Source of the DNA: Faecousia sp.
Lineage (GTDB): Bacteria > Bacillota > Clostridia > Oscillospirales > Oscillospiraceae
Direction of reading: 5' to 3'
Length of the DNA stretch: 61,747 bases
NCBI GenBank assembly: GCA_045601715.1
Contig: JAZSAD010000093.1
Location: 1-61,747, forward strand
In this document: piece by piece, positions 34,288 through 44,027 of the stretch
How the letters are laid out: the number at the start of each line of letters is the position of its first letter
How positions within the stretch are numbered: position 1 is the first letter of the stretch
Program-made: the position numbers and the translations under genes
Notes under the pieces: generated by a model
The model's database searches: none
What the model saw: only the letters and a program-made list of their open reading frames with translations
What the model was told of the DNA's origin: nothing

Positions 34288-35766
34288 TTAATTCCATACG
34301 CCGTGATGGCTGGTAGGACTGTCGTGGTTCAGGGGTGCAAAGGTGTAGCCGTTGCAAAGTCCCCAGGCAATAATCCGTTCCACGGCATCAATGCTGAAGC
34401 TCTTGGTGTCGTGCTGCAGCACAACAGAGTTCTGTCGCTTGGCAACACCCTCGGTTACGTTCTTGAACACCTCGTCCGCGTCCTTAGCGCCGCCGGCATC
34501 GTTGCTGTCCACATTCCAGTCAAAGTACTGATAGCCAAGCTCCGGTAATCTTTTTGTCAGACGGGTCATAATGCCCTTGTTGTAGTTGGCGCTGATGGTA
34601 TTGGAGCTGCCGCCGGGAAAACGGGTAAGCATACTTTTGATTCCGGTGTATTGGAGGATCACGTTCTGCGCGGCCTCCAGATCCGCCATAAAGGCCTCGT
34701 CGCTGGCGTAGATCTCATTGTAATTATGGCTGTATGTATGAATAGCAACGGTGTGACCTTCCTGGGCGGCGCGGGTAAGAAACTCAGGATAGGCAGTGCC
34801 GCCCTTTACAAAGAAGCTTACCTTCACACCGTATTTCTTCAGCACATCCAGCAGCCGTCCGGTGTGAGCGCTGGGGCCGTCATCGAAGGTCAGATAAATG
34901 GTCTTGCCATTAGGCTCGATAACTGTTCCGGGGGTAGGCAATCCTTCGTCAGGGGAGGGTTTGGCGTTGTCCTGCTTGGGAATCACATAGATGATCCGTT
35001 CTTTTACAGCTTCCACACCGATACTGTTGGTGATGGAATACTTCAGGGTGTAAATGCCGGGGAGATTTCCGTCCACATCACCGGATACAATTACATTGGC
35101 GCTTAAGTCCCCGTCCCGGAAGTCCGTAGCCGTGCAGCCCGGTTCCTCATAGTTTTCGCCGGCGAGGATAAAGGATAACTGGCCGCCTTCCAGCGTGATA
35201 ATGGGGGCATTGGGGTCAACATAGTTGATTTTTCGGGTAACACTTGTGACATTTCCGTAGCTGTCCGTCACCGTGTAGGTCATAACCCCATCTTTTTCCT
35301 TACAGACAACCTTGCCGGTCAAATCTCCGTCGTAGTTGTCCTTGGCGGAGAAACCTTCTTCCTGATAGACTTCACCAATCAGGGTGTAGGCCTTGGGGTC
35401 GCTGACCAGGGTAATTTCAGGCGCTTCCGTATCTACAACATAAACCCGACGGTACTCAGTGCGGGTGCGACCGTCCGCTTTTGCGGTGTACTTAATCGTG
35501 TATTTCCCTAAACGGGTGGCATCTACCTGCCCGGAAATAGTCACAGGAACGGTTGCGTTTTCCTTGGAAATCACCGCGGTAGCGCCGGCTTCCTGATAAT
35601 CCTGTCCGTATTCCAGGAAAATATTCTGCTCGCCGTTCAAGGTGAGGGTGATGGGGTTTGTAAAGTCCAAAGACCGAAATGCGGCTGCGCCGACGGTCAC
35701 CACAAGCAGCGCCAGTACGCATATTAAAATAATTTTAATGGCTTTTTTCATGTATCTGTATTCCAT
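34288..35766 (-). CDS. Polysaccharide (peptidoglycan GlcNAc) deacetylase, CE4, with Ig-like DUF5011-type repeats
   Basis: N-terminal TM; three ITLxG...DGDL...Y repeats; YLTFDDGP, HTYSH, RFPGG, DWNVDSND and LQHD motifs. Confidence 0.9.
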   Translation of the reverse strand: MEYRYMKKAIKIILICVLALLVVTVGAAAFRSLDFTNPITLTLNGEQNIFLEYGQDYQEAGATAVISKENATVPVTISGQVDATRLGKYTIKYTAKADGRTRTEYRRVYVVDTEAPEITLVSDPKAYTLIGEVYQEEGFSAKDNYDGDLTGKVVCKEKDGVMTYTVTDSYGNVTSVTRKINYVDPNAPIITLEGGQLSFILAGENYEEPGCTATDFRDGDLSANVIVSGDVDGNLPGIYTLKYSITNSIGVEAVKERIIYVIPKQDNAKPSPDEGLPTPGTVIEPNGKTIYLTFDDGPSAHTGRLLDVLKKYGVKVSFFVKGGTAYPEFLTRAAQEGHTVAIHTYSHNYNEIYASDEAFMADLEAAQNVILQYTGIKSMLTRFPGGSSNTISANYNKGIMTRLTKRLPELGYQYFDWNVDSNDAGGAKDADEVFKNVTEGVAKRQNSVVLQHDTKSFSIDAVERIIAWGLCNGYTFAPLNHDSPTSHHGVWN

Positions 35767-35835
35767 TTCGTTTGCTGTGATTCTATCTTGTTCATTATAC
35801 GATTATTAGCCAAATTCTGCAAGAGGAAAAATCAA

Positions 35836-35864
35836 GAAGCGGACTGAAATTTTCAGTCCGCTTC
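35836..35864 (-). terminator. Terminator after folA
   Basis: GAAGCGGACTGAA-ATT-TTCAGTCCGCTTC. Confidence 0.7.
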
Positions 35865-35867
35865 ATT

Positions 35868-36347
35868 TTAAATTCTCTTATACAGGCACATCTCAAAACC
35901 AATGCCGTTTTCCTCTCCGGATTGGAGAACTTCCTGCAGTTTCCACTGGGAATCCTCATCCAGATTGGGGAAGTATGTATCTGATTCCGGTGTAGTGTGC
36001 ACCTTGGTAATGTATGCGGTGTCGCAGTAGGGGAGCAGCTGTTTGTAAATACTGCCGCCGCCAATCACCATGGCTCTTTCCGCCTTTTCAGCAAGGGCAA
36101 CTGCCTCTTCCGGACTGTGGCAGATGATCACATCGGAAATTTCCACATCTTGTCGGGTCATAACCACATTCACCCGATTGGGCAGGGGTCTTCCACCGGG
36201 AAAATCCGCCAGAGTCTTTCTGCCCACAATTACCATAGCGCCCTTTGTGGTCTCCCGAAAAAACTTTCGATCAGCAGACAGGGCAATAGGCTGTGTACCA
36301 TCCTTGCCGATACCCCAGTCATCAAATACAGCAACAATCAGTTCCAT
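35868..36347 (-). CDS. folA: Dihydrofolate reductase
   Basis: IVAV..WGIG, DRKFFRETT, VGRKT, PLPNRVNVV, IGGGSIY and DTYFP. Confidence 0.95.
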   Translation of the reverse strand: MELIVAVFDDWGIGKDGTQPIALSADRKFFRETTKGAMVIVGRKTLADFPGGRPLPNRVNVVMTRQDVEISDVIICHSPEEAVALAEKAERAMVIGGGSIYKQLLPYCDTAYITKVHTTPESDTYFPNLDEDSQWKLQEVLQSGEENGIGFEMCLYKRI

Positions 36348-36355
36348 CTTCCACC

Positions 36356-37186
36356 TCAAATTGCCATAGGAATTTCAAAATCAAAGGGGTGGAACTGGTA
36401 GTCCTCTACCTTGAAGCTATCCTTGGTGAACTGATAGAAATCGGTAATATCCTGATCCAAAGTCACCTTGGGAGCGGCGTAGCCCTCGTTCTCCAGCATA
36501 GCCTTTACAGCGGGAATGTGCCGGTCGTAAATGTGGCAGTCGGCAATCACGTGTACCAACTCGCCGGCCTCCAGACCGGCCACCTGGGCCATCATCATCA
36601 GCAGCATGGAGTACTGCACCACATTCCAGTTGTTGGCGGTGAGCATATCTTGGCTACGCTGATTCAATATGCCGTTCAGCGTATTGCCGGAAACATTAAA
36701 AGTCATAGAGTATGCGCAGGGGTACAGGTTCATTTCGTGCAGGTCCTGGAAGGTGTAGATATTGGTCAGAATCCGACGGGATGCGGGATTGTTCTTCAAA
36801 TCATAGATTACACGGTCTACCTGGTCGAACATGCCCTCTTTGTACTGATGTTTCACACCCAGCTGATAGCCGTAGGCCTTGCCAATGGTGCCGTCTTCGC
36901 CGGCCCACTCATCCCAGACATGGCTGCCCAGATCCTCAATGCGGTTGGACTTTTTCTGCCAGATCCACAGCAGCTCATCCAATGCGGACTTCCAGTAGGT
37001 GCGGCGCAGGGTCATAATGGGGAATTCTTCTTTCAGATTGTAGCGGTTGACCACACCGAATTTCTTTACAGTGTGGGCAGGCGTGCCATCAGCCCAGCGG
37101 GGACGGACCTCTAAATCTGTATCGTAAAAGCCGTTGTTCAGAATATCCAAGCACGTTTGACGGTAGATTTCGTCTGCTCTGCTCAT
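36356..37186 (-). CDS. thyA: Thymidylate synthase
   Basis: ELLWIW, WDEWA, GKAYGYQ, SRRI, LYPC, QRSQD and HIYDRH. Confidence 0.96.
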   Translation of the reverse strand: MSRADEIYRQTCLDILNNGFYDTDLEVRPRWADGTPAHTVKKFGVVNRYNLKEEFPIMTLRRTYWKSALDELLWIWQKKSNRIEDLGSHVWDEWAGEDGTIGKAYGYQLGVKHQYKEGMFDQVDRVIYDLKNNPASRRILTNIYTFQDLHEMNLYPCAYSMTFNVSGNTLNGILNQRSQDMLTANNWNVVQYSMLLMMMAQVAGLEAGELVHVIADCHIYDRHIPAVKAMLENEGYAAPKVTLDQDITDFYQFTKDSFKVEDYQFHPFDFEIPMAI

Positions 37187-37349
37187 AGTAATTCCCTCCG
37201 TGTAGTTATATTTCTTATATTTTATCACACTTGCTGCCAAATTTCTACTGTTTTACACCAAAGATACATATATTTTACAAATGATTTTCTTGACATTTTC
37301 TTCCCTGTATGGTTAATTTAATATAGAAAATACCCTTAGGAGGAATGAT

Positions 37350-38144
37350 ATGGCTGAATTAGATTTTCGTAAAATCAAAGGTTTTATCTGTGATATGGAC
37401 GGTGTCATCTATCACGGCAATAAGGTTTTGCCCGGCGTGTCGGAATTTATCAACTGGATGAATGAGGAGAAAAAGGAATACCTGTTTCTTACCAATAACA
37501 GCGGCTACACCCCCTGTGAGCTGAAGCTGAAATTGGCCCGTATGGGCCTGGATGTGCCGGAACACCATTTTTATACCAGCGCCCTGGCAACTGCCGCATT
37601 TTTGAAGGAGCAAAGCCCCGGTTGCTCTGTGTATGCTATCGGTGAGGCAGGCCTACTAAATGCCCTTTACGAAGCCGGCTGCACCATGAACGATGTAAAC
37701 CCCGATTATGTGGTGGTGGGCGAGGGCAGAACCTACAGCCTGGAGACCCTCACCAAGGCAACCAACCTGGTACTGGGTGGCGCGAAACTGATCGGCGCAA
37801 ACCCCGATGTGACCGGCCCTATCGAAAACGGTATCGCCCCGGCCTGCCGGGCACTGATTGCCCCTATTGAGCTTGCCACCGGCAAACAGGCCTACTTCTG
37901 CGGTAAGCCCAATCCCTTAATGATGCGTACAGGCCTGAAGTTGCTGGGCTGCCACTCTGCTGAGGCAGTAATGATCGGTGACAGAATGGATACGGATATT
38001 ATCTCCGGTCTGGAAACCGGTATGTCTACAGTTTTGGTACTGTCCGGTATCTCTACACCCGAAACACTGAAAACCTTTGCCTACCGACCCACTATGGTCT
38101 TAGATGGTGTTGGCGACATCGTAAAACTTGCCAACGGCAAGTAA
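37350..38144 (+). CDS. HAD-IIA family hydrolase (NagD-like)
   Basis: DMDGVIY, LTNN, GKP and GDRMDTD. Confidence 0.92.
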   Translation: MAELDFRKIKGFICDMDGVIYHGNKVLPGVSEFINWMNEEKKEYLFLTNNSGYTPCELKLKLARMGLDVPEHHFYTSALATAAFLKEQSPGCSVYAIGEAGLLNALYEAGCTMNDVNPDYVVVGEGRTYSLETLTKATNLVLGGAKLIGANPDVTGPIENGIAPACRALIAPIELATGKQAYFCGKPNPLMMRTGLKLLGCHSAEAVMIGDRMDTDIISGLETGMSTVLVLSGISTPETLKTFAYRPTMVLDGVGDIVKLANGK

Positions 38145-38148
38145 CAAT

Positions 38149-38180
38149 AAAATCCCTCGGGAAATTTCCCGAGGGATTTT
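38149..38180. terminator. Bidirectional terminator
   Basis: AAAATCCCTCGGGAAA|TTTCCCGAGGGATTTT. Confidence 0.8.
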
Positions 38181-38190
38181 CGTTTGCAAA

Positions 38191-39627
38191 TTAGTAGGCG
38201 ACGCCCCAAAGGATCATCTTCTTGGCAGGCTTGCCGCAGATGGGACAGACATCACCCAAGTTCTCCTGGGCAAAGGGAATACAGCGGGAGGACATACCAG
38301 CCTGTTCCTTCATCTTCAGCTCGCACTCCAGCTCGCCGCACCACATGGTCTTGATGAAGCCACCGTTTTTCTCCTGCAACTCCTTAGCCTCTTCCAAAGA
38401 GTGAGCCTCGTAGATATGCTCGTCCAGGTTCTTCTTGGCTCTGGCAAACATACCCTGATGCACCTGTTCCAGCTGCTCAGCGACCGCTGCTTCCAGGTTT
38501 TCCAGCTTTACAACGATCTTCTCACCGTCGTTTCTGCGAACCAGCACAACCTCACCGTTCTCCAAATCACGAGGGCCGCACTCAACACGGAGGGGAACAC
38601 CCTTCATTTCGTACTCAGCGCACTTCCAACCCATGGAGTTGTCAGAATCGTGCAGCTTTACACGCAGACCTGCGTTTTCCAGACGAGCCTTGATGTCACC
38701 GGCAGCTTCCAGAACGCCGGGCTTGTGCTGGGCAATGGGCAGAACAACCACCTGAATGGGCGCAACCTTGGGAGGCAGCACCAAGCCGTTGTTGTCGCCG
38801 TGGGTCATAATGATACCGCCGATCAGACGGGTGGACACACCCCAAGAGGTTTCGTGGGGAGGTACTTTCTGATTGTTCTTGTCGGTAAACTCGATGCCGA
38901 AAGCCTTGGCAAAGCCATCGCCAAAGTAGTGGGATGTGCCAGCCTGCAGAGCTTTCCGGTCGTGCATCATACACTCGATTGTGTAGGTAGCCTCTGCACC
39001 GTTAAACTTCTCCTTATCGGTCTTCTGACCACGCGTAACAGGCATAGCAAGCACATTCTCACAGAAATCAGCGTACACATTCAGCATAGTCTCGGTAAAT
39101 GCGCTTGCTTCCTCGGCAGTAGCATGAATAGTGTGACCCTCCTGCCACAGGAACTCTCTGTGCCGCAGGAAAGGACGGGATGTTTTCTCCCAACGCAAAA
39201 CGCTGCACCACTGATTGTACTTCATAGGCAGCTGACGATGGGTCTGCAGCACGTTTGCCCAATGCTCACAGAACAGAGTCTCGGAGGTAGGACGGATGGC
39301 GTACCGCTCTTCCAGATTTTCACCGCCGCCCATAGTTACCCAGGCGCACTCAGGGGCGAAACCCTCAACGTGATCCTTTTCCTTTTGCAGCAGGCTTTCG
39401 GGAATCAACAGGGGCATATAGACGTTTTCAACGCCCTGCTTTTTGAACTCCTTGTCCATAATTTGCTGGATATTTTCCCAAATGGCATAGCCATAAGGTC
39501 GGTAAATAAACACACCCTTGATGGAGGAATAGTCAATGAGCTGCGCCTTGGTACAAACATCTGTAAACCATTGGGCAAAGTCTACCTCCATATCGGTAAT
39601 CTGTTCCACCTTTTTTTCTTTCGCCAT
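38191..39627 (-). CDS. proS: Proline--tRNA ligase (archaeal/eukaryotic type)
   Basis: HVEGFAPE, RPTSET, FLRHREFLWQEGH, QAGTSH, WGVSTR and a C-terminal GVAY. Confidence 0.96.
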   Translation of the reverse strand: MAKEKKVEQITDMEVDFAQWFTDVCTKAQLIDYSSIKGVFIYRPYGYAIWENIQQIMDKEFKKQGVENVYMPLLIPESLLQKEKDHVEGFAPECAWVTMGGGENLEERYAIRPTSETLFCEHWANVLQTHRQLPMKYNQWCSVLRWEKTSRPFLRHREFLWQEGHTIHATAEEASAFTETMLNVYADFCENVLAMPVTRGQKTDKEKFNGAEATYTIECMMHDRKALQAGTSHYFGDGFAKAFGIEFTDKNNQKVPPHETSWGVSTRLIGGIIMTHGDNNGLVLPPKVAPIQVVVLPIAQHKPGVLEAAGDIKARLENAGLRVKLHDSDNSMGWKCAEYEMKGVPLRVECGPRDLENGEVVLVRRNDGEKIVVKLENLEAAVAEQLEQVHQGMFARAKKNLDEHIYEAHSLEEAKELQEKNGGFIKTMWCGELECELKMKEQAGMSSRCIPFAQENLGDVCPICGKPAKKMILWGVAY

Positions 39628-39730
39628 AGCTTTTCACCTCTTGCGTATTTTACATAGTTCGTATTTTATATTGTAGCACATCTGTCAAGGGTTTGCATAG
39701 GATAAAACACAGTTTTTTCGGGAGGATATT

Positions 39731-39877
39731 ATGACACAGGTAACGCTTTTGTTAGAGCCTGCGTTGGCTCTTTTTTATACACAAATTGCCCAATCTGCCG
39801 GTGTGACCTTGGAACAGGTTTTGAGCGATGCATTATTCAAATTAGCGGGTGAGTTATCCTTGGAAGCATTACAGTAA
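39731..39877 (+). CDS. 48-aa small protein (possible ribbon-helix-helix-like), below ORF-track cutoff
   Basis: GGAGG RBS; MTQVTLLLEPALALFYTQIAQSAGVTLEQVLSDALFKLAGELSLEALQ; followed by its own terminator. Confidence 0.65.
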   Translation: MTQVTLLLEPALALFYTQIAQSAGVTLEQVLSDALFKLAGELSLEALQ

Positions 39878-39905
39878 AAAGGTGCGTCTGTGACGCACCT
39901 TTTTT
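39876..39905. terminator. Bidirectional terminator
   Basis: AAAAAGGTGCGTC-TGT-GACGCACCTTTTTT. Confidence 0.8.
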
Positions 39906-39906
39906 G

Positions 39907-40818
39907 TTACTCAATATGCTGGTGATTGTGAATGTGTTCTTCACAGTAGCAGTGATATCCATTGCATTGGGAACAGTACCGGAATTCCAGCTCCGGATTG
40001 CTCACATCCGTCCGACCGCAGACCGTACACCGATGGGTGTAGGGCTTTGCATAAGGGCCGGGCTCGTGACGAGTAAATTGAATAGGCTCTTTTTGAGACT
40101 TCTTCCCGGAACGCTTTATCCGCCAGGATATAGGGATGAGGTTCTTGATATCCCCGCCTACAAACAACAGATAATTGCCCAGCGCCACCAACGGGAACAG
40201 ATTGTGGGGGAAATACAGAACCGGATAACTGAGATTAAAGATGGCGATGCATTCCAAAAGCAGGTAAATCAGGGCGATGACCCAGGCTTTAATGGGAATG
40301 ATAAAGAAAAGCATAAACCGACTTTCCGGATGCAGCGTGGCAAAGGCAAGAATTAAACTCAGGTGCAGATAATAAGCCATTCCGTAATACTCGGGCATTA
40401 CCGCAGAAAGGAAGGTGTACATTTCCTCTGTGACATAACCGCTTTCCGGCAGGATGGGGCAGAAGAGCATGGCGAAAACATCCATCAGGATTACACCGGA
40501 GAAATAGAACAAATTGAACTTAAGCGTACCCATACTGTTTTCTACGTGTCTGCCCAGCATATAGAAGAAATAAAGGAAAAGAAGGGAAAGATAACCGCCA
40601 CCGGACTGGGTGAATACATAGGTGATCAGCCGCCAAACCTGTCCTTGTAAAATTTTTGCTTTGTCGAAACACAAAAGTTCGTATAATGCAGCGCCGCCGT
40701 TAACCATTGTCATAATTAAAACAATGGCATTTCCCAGGGCAATATACAGCATTAAATTGGGAATGCCTTTATCCCGATTTCTGAAACAGAACAGATTAAA
40801 CCGCCTGCGAAGATTCAT
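39907..40818 (-). CDS. Rhomboid-like membrane protein with C-terminal Cys/His zinc-finger
   Basis: GQVWRLITYVF, FFIIPIKAW, several TM segments; HRCTVCGRT...FRYCSQCNGYHCYCEEH. Confidence 0.75.
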   Translation of the reverse strand: MNLRRRFNLFCFRNRDKGIPNLMLYIALGNAIVLIMTMVNGGAALYELLCFDKAKILQGQVWRLITYVFTQSGGGYLSLLFLYFFYMLGRHVENSMGTLKFNLFYFSGVILMDVFAMLFCPILPESGYVTEEMYTFLSAVMPEYYGMAYYLHLSLILAFATLHPESRFMLFFIIPIKAWVIALIYLLLECIAIFNLSYPVLYFPHNLFPLVALGNYLLFVGGDIKNLIPISWRIKRSGKKSQKEPIQFTRHEPGPYAKPYTHRCTVCGRTDVSNPELEFRYCSQCNGYHCYCEEHIHNHQHIE

Positions 40819-40922
40819 AGGGCCAATCAACTCCTTGTAAAATTAAAACTATCATACCACCTTTTGGCAGAAAAGTCTACAAAGGAACTGTAAACATTTT
40901 TGTAAGATGTGAGAAAAAACAC

Positions 40923-40950
40923 TTGACTTTTAGATAAATTCGTGTAGAAT
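40923..40950 (+). promoter_or_regulatory. sigma-A promoter of metK leader
   Basis: TTGACT-16-TAGAAT. Confidence 0.6.
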
Positions 40951-40972
40951 AATGTAGCAAACTGCATACAAG

Positions 40973-41227
40973 CCTTATCAAGAGTGGTGGAGGGAACGGC
41001 CCGATGAAACCCGGCAACCTGCTGAGGAATTTCTGATCAAAGCAGTTGCTCGATCTGGCGAGCAGATTTTTTCTGTGACAAGGAAAAAGGTGCGCAGGAA
41101 TACTTTGTGTATTTCAAGTGCCTTTTTCTGAAGTTCACAGGGGAGAGATGCCGACGGAGCGTGCGACGGTTTTGATTAGGGATTCCTCCCCGTAAGGTGC
41201 CAAATCCGGCGGCAACGACAGATGAGG
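40973..41227 (+). promoter_or_regulatory. SAM-I (S-box) riboswitch with very long P3 insertion
   Basis: CCTTATCAAGAG-TGGTGGAGGGAACGGCCCGATGAAACC-CGGCAACC ... AAGGTGCCAAATCC ... GATGAGG; lies upstream of metK. Confidence 0.9.
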
Positions 41228-41236
41228 ATTCGATTG

Positions 41237-41273
41237 AACGCACATCGAATCGTCGGTGTGCGGTTAATTTTTT
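41237..41273 (+). terminator. Expression-platform terminator of SAM-I leader
   Basis: CGCACATCGA-ATCG-TCGGTGTGCG followed by GTTAATTTTTT. Confidence 0.7.
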
Positions 41274-41291
41274 GTATGAGGAGAAAAAATA

Positions 41292-42431
41292 ATGGAAAAA
41301 AGATTGTTTACTTCCGAGTGTGTTACCTGCGGTCACCCCGACAAGGTAGCTGACGCTATTTCTGATGCGATCCTGGATGCCTGCCTGGCTCAGGATGCCA
41401 ATTCCCGTGTGGCCTGTGAGACCACCGTTACCACCAACTTCTGCCTAATCTGTGGTGAGATCACCACCAAGGCGGTTGTGGACTATGAGGCCGTAGCCCG
41501 TGAGGTGATCGCCTCCATCGGTTATACTATTCCCGAGGATCAGTTTGCAGCCGATACTGTAGAGATCCTCTGTAAAATCCACACACAGTCCGCAGATATT
41601 GCTCTCGGCACTAACGATGAGGTTGGTGGCGCAGGTGACCAGGGTATGATGTTCGGCGGCGCTTGCACCCACACTCCCGAGCTGATGCCCTTGCCCGTAG
41701 CCCTGGCAAGAGCCTTGGCAAACCGCCTGACACAGTGCGTTGAAAGCAACGACCTGCTCCGTCCTGACGGTAAGACCCAGGTTAGCGTAGAGTTTGACGA
41801 AAACGGCAAGGTTGTGGGCATCGATACGGTTGTTGTTTCCGTAATGCACAGCGCAGACTTTGAAATGAGCGAACTGCGCCGTTACATCCGTGAGGGTGTG
41901 ATCGCTCCCGTGCTGAAGCAGTATGGCTTTGATATTGAAAATGTTGCCAATATCCATATCAACCCCACCGGTAACTTTGTGATTGGCGGACCTAATGGTG
42001 ATACCGGCCTCACCGGCAGAAAGATCATCGTTGATACCTACGGTGGCTATTTCTCCCACGGCGGCGGCGCTTTCTCCGGCAAGGACCCCACCAAGGTAGA
42101 CCGCAGCGGTGCTTATATGGCCCGTTATATGGCAAAGAACCTGGTAGCAGCCGGCCTGGCTGAGCAGGTAGAGGTGCAGCTGGCCTATGCCATTGGTGTT
42201 GCCGAGCCTGTTTCCGTCCGTGTGAACAGCTACGGCACCGGCAAAATTGCCGACGAAGAAATGACCGCCCTGCTTCGCAAGTATTGCGACCTGACCCCCG
42301 GCGGCATTATCCGCAAGCTGAACCTGCGACGTCCCATTTACAGCCAGACCGCCCGTAACGGTCACTTTGGCGCGGACAACCTCCCCTGGGAACAGACAGA
42401 CCTGGCAGAGACCCTAAAAAAAGCATTATAA
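41292..42431 (+). CDS. metK: S-adenosylmethionine synthetase
   Basis: [25 protein letters not shown] and [16 protein letters not shown]. Confidence 0.97.
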   Translation: MEKRLFTSECVTCGHPDKVADAISDAILDACLAQDANSRVACETTVTTNFCLICGEITTKAVVDYEAVAREVIASIGYTIPEDQFAADTVEILCKIHTQSADIALGTNDEVGGAGDQGMMFGGACTHTPELMPLPVALARALANRLTQCVESNDLLRPDGKTQVSVEFDENGKVVGIDTVVVSVMHSADFEMSELRRYIREGVIAPVLKQYGFDIENVANIHINPTGNFVIGGPNGDTGLTGRKIIVDTYGGYFSHGGGAFSGKDPTKVDRSGAYMARYMAKNLVAAGLAEQVEVQLAYAIGVAEPVSVRVNSYGTGKIADEEMTALLRKYCDLTPGGIIRKLNLRRPIYSQTARNGHFGADNLPWEQTDLAETLKKAL

Positions 42432-42437
42432 TATTTA

Positions 42438-42470
42438 AGGAGCGTTGCCATTTGGCAACGCTCCTGTTTT
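42438..42470. terminator. Terminator
   Basis: AGGAGCGTTGCCA-TT-TGGCAACGCTCCT followed by GTTTT. Confidence 0.8.
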
Positions 42471-42471
42471 G

Positions 42472-43899
42472 TTATTCCATAATATAGCAATCCGCGATAT
42501 CGCCCATATGACCAACGGCATTGGGTTCGTTGGCAACTTCGATGCCGCCTTCAACGACCTTGAATTCCAATTCCTTGCCGCTGCGCATATCTGTAACCTT
42601 GGTAACCTTTCCGGTGTAGGGAATTTTGATTTTGGAAGCAATGGACTCACGCTCCTTGTACAGATAGAAAGCGTTGACCTTGCTGCCGTCCTTAGCCTGG
42701 GTAAATGCCCAGTCCTTCACACGGTAGGGAGCAACTGCGCGCGTGCAATGAATGGCATCCTGGAAGATGTGCATCCACTTGGAGAATTCTTTCAGGATGG
42801 CCACAGCGCGTAAAGGCAGACGGCCATCGGGCTGAGGCGCCAGATTCAATGCCAGGTTGCCGCCCTTTGCCACAACATCCAGCAGCAGGTGGGCAACTTC
42901 CTTGGCACTCATATAATCCTGGTCGTAGGTGTAGCCGAAGGAGGTGTGATCGCTGCCGTGTTCGTACATCTTCTTGCCCATAACGGTGCAGGTTTCCCAA
43001 GGTACCAAAATGGGCTGATCGGGCACAAACAGCTCAGGGGTGATCACATCCTCGCAAACACCCTTGCCGCCACGGATAACACCCAGCATCCAGGGCTGCT
43101 TTTCCCGAAGCTTTGCGGTCATCTCAGGCAGACCCAGCTGCACGCCATCGCAGCCACCATCGTACCACAGAGAGTTGATCTTACCGTAGTTGGTAACCAG
43201 CTCATCCAGCTGTGCGAAAACGAACTCCTGGAACTTCTTCCACTTCTCCGGCTTTTCCTCGGGATCGTAGGAGGGAACACGCTTGGTGCCGGGCTTGTCG
43301 GCATAGCCTTCCTCCCAGTAGTAGGGACAGTCAAAGTCAGCGCGGCTATAGTACAAAGAAATTTCCATACCCTTGGCCCGGAATGCATCAAACAGCGCCT
43401 TGGTGATATCTGCATTTTTGTTGTTGCGATAGGGAACCTCGCTGCCGGTTACCTTGTAATCGGTGGTGGCGGTGTCCCACATACAGAAGCCGTCGTGGTG
43501 CTTGGTGGTAAAGACTAAGTAACGGAAACCTGCATCATAGGCCATATCAGCCCATTCCTCCGGGTCAAACCGCAGAGGCAGGAAACCCTTGTGGAGCTGA
43601 TCATACATTTCCTTCATTTCCTGGTGGGTAGTACCGGGCTTGAACTGCCACTTGGTCCAGGGGAAGCAGTCCACCAGTGTCCAGGACTCCTTCATACCCA
43701 GCAGATTATAAAGACCCATATGGATCATCAGACCGAATTTCTGATCCTGATACCGCTCCAGCTGCTCCAAAATCTCAGGACTTTCGGGGTACTTATACTT
43801 TGCAGCCTGCTGCCGCAGAATTTCCTGACGGTCAGATACCGCAACCTGCTGGGCGTCCAAACCGGCATTGTGGACATTTAGTAATTCTTTCTCAGCCAT
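42472..43899 (-). CDS. GH29 alpha-L-fucosidase
   Basis: KFGLMIHMG, FDPEEW, TTKHHDGF, WYDG nucleophile, PWETC and KGGNLALN. Confidence 0.92.
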   Translation of the reverse strand: MAEKELLNVHNAGLDAQQVAVSDRQEILRQQAAKYKYPESPEILEQLERYQDQKFGLMIHMGLYNLLGMKESWTLVDCFPWTKWQFKPGTTHQEMKEMYDQLHKGFLPLRFDPEEWADMAYDAGFRYLVFTTKHHDGFCMWDTATTDYKVTGSEVPYRNNKNADITKALFDAFRAKGMEISLYYSRADFDCPYYWEEGYADKPGTKRVPSYDPEEKPEKWKKFQEFVFAQLDELVTNYGKINSLWYDGGCDGVQLGLPEMTAKLREKQPWMLGVIRGGKGVCEDVITPELFVPDQPILVPWETCTVMGKKMYEHGSDHTSFGYTYDQDYMSAKEVAHLLLDVVAKGGNLALNLAPQPDGRLPLRAVAILKEFSKWMHIFQDAIHCTRAVAPYRVKDWAFTQAKDGSKVNAFYLYKERESIASKIKIPYTGKVTKVTDMRSGKELEFKVVEGGIEVANEPNAVGHMGDIADCYIME

Positions 43900-44027
43900 A
43901 AAAGATACACTTCCTCTTTACAAATGTAGAGTTTTTGGTATACTTAAAATGTATATCCGTTAAAATCATATATAAAAACTTTGTTTAATGCAATGTATAT
44001 TCTGTTATAAAATATGGAGATTTTATT

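Noticed and set aside
38191-39627. Archaeal/eukaryotic-type ProRS as a sign of unusual transfer
   Set aside because: This type is common in Clostridia.
40889-40906. TGTAAA-N6-TGTAAG as a WalR box
   Set aside because: The spacing is wrong, and the AT-rich context makes a chance match likely.
41037-41336. 99-aa minus-strand ORF across the SAM-I insertion
   Set aside because: It is antisense to the riboswitch and the metK start, with no RBS or motif; RNA structure explains the region better.
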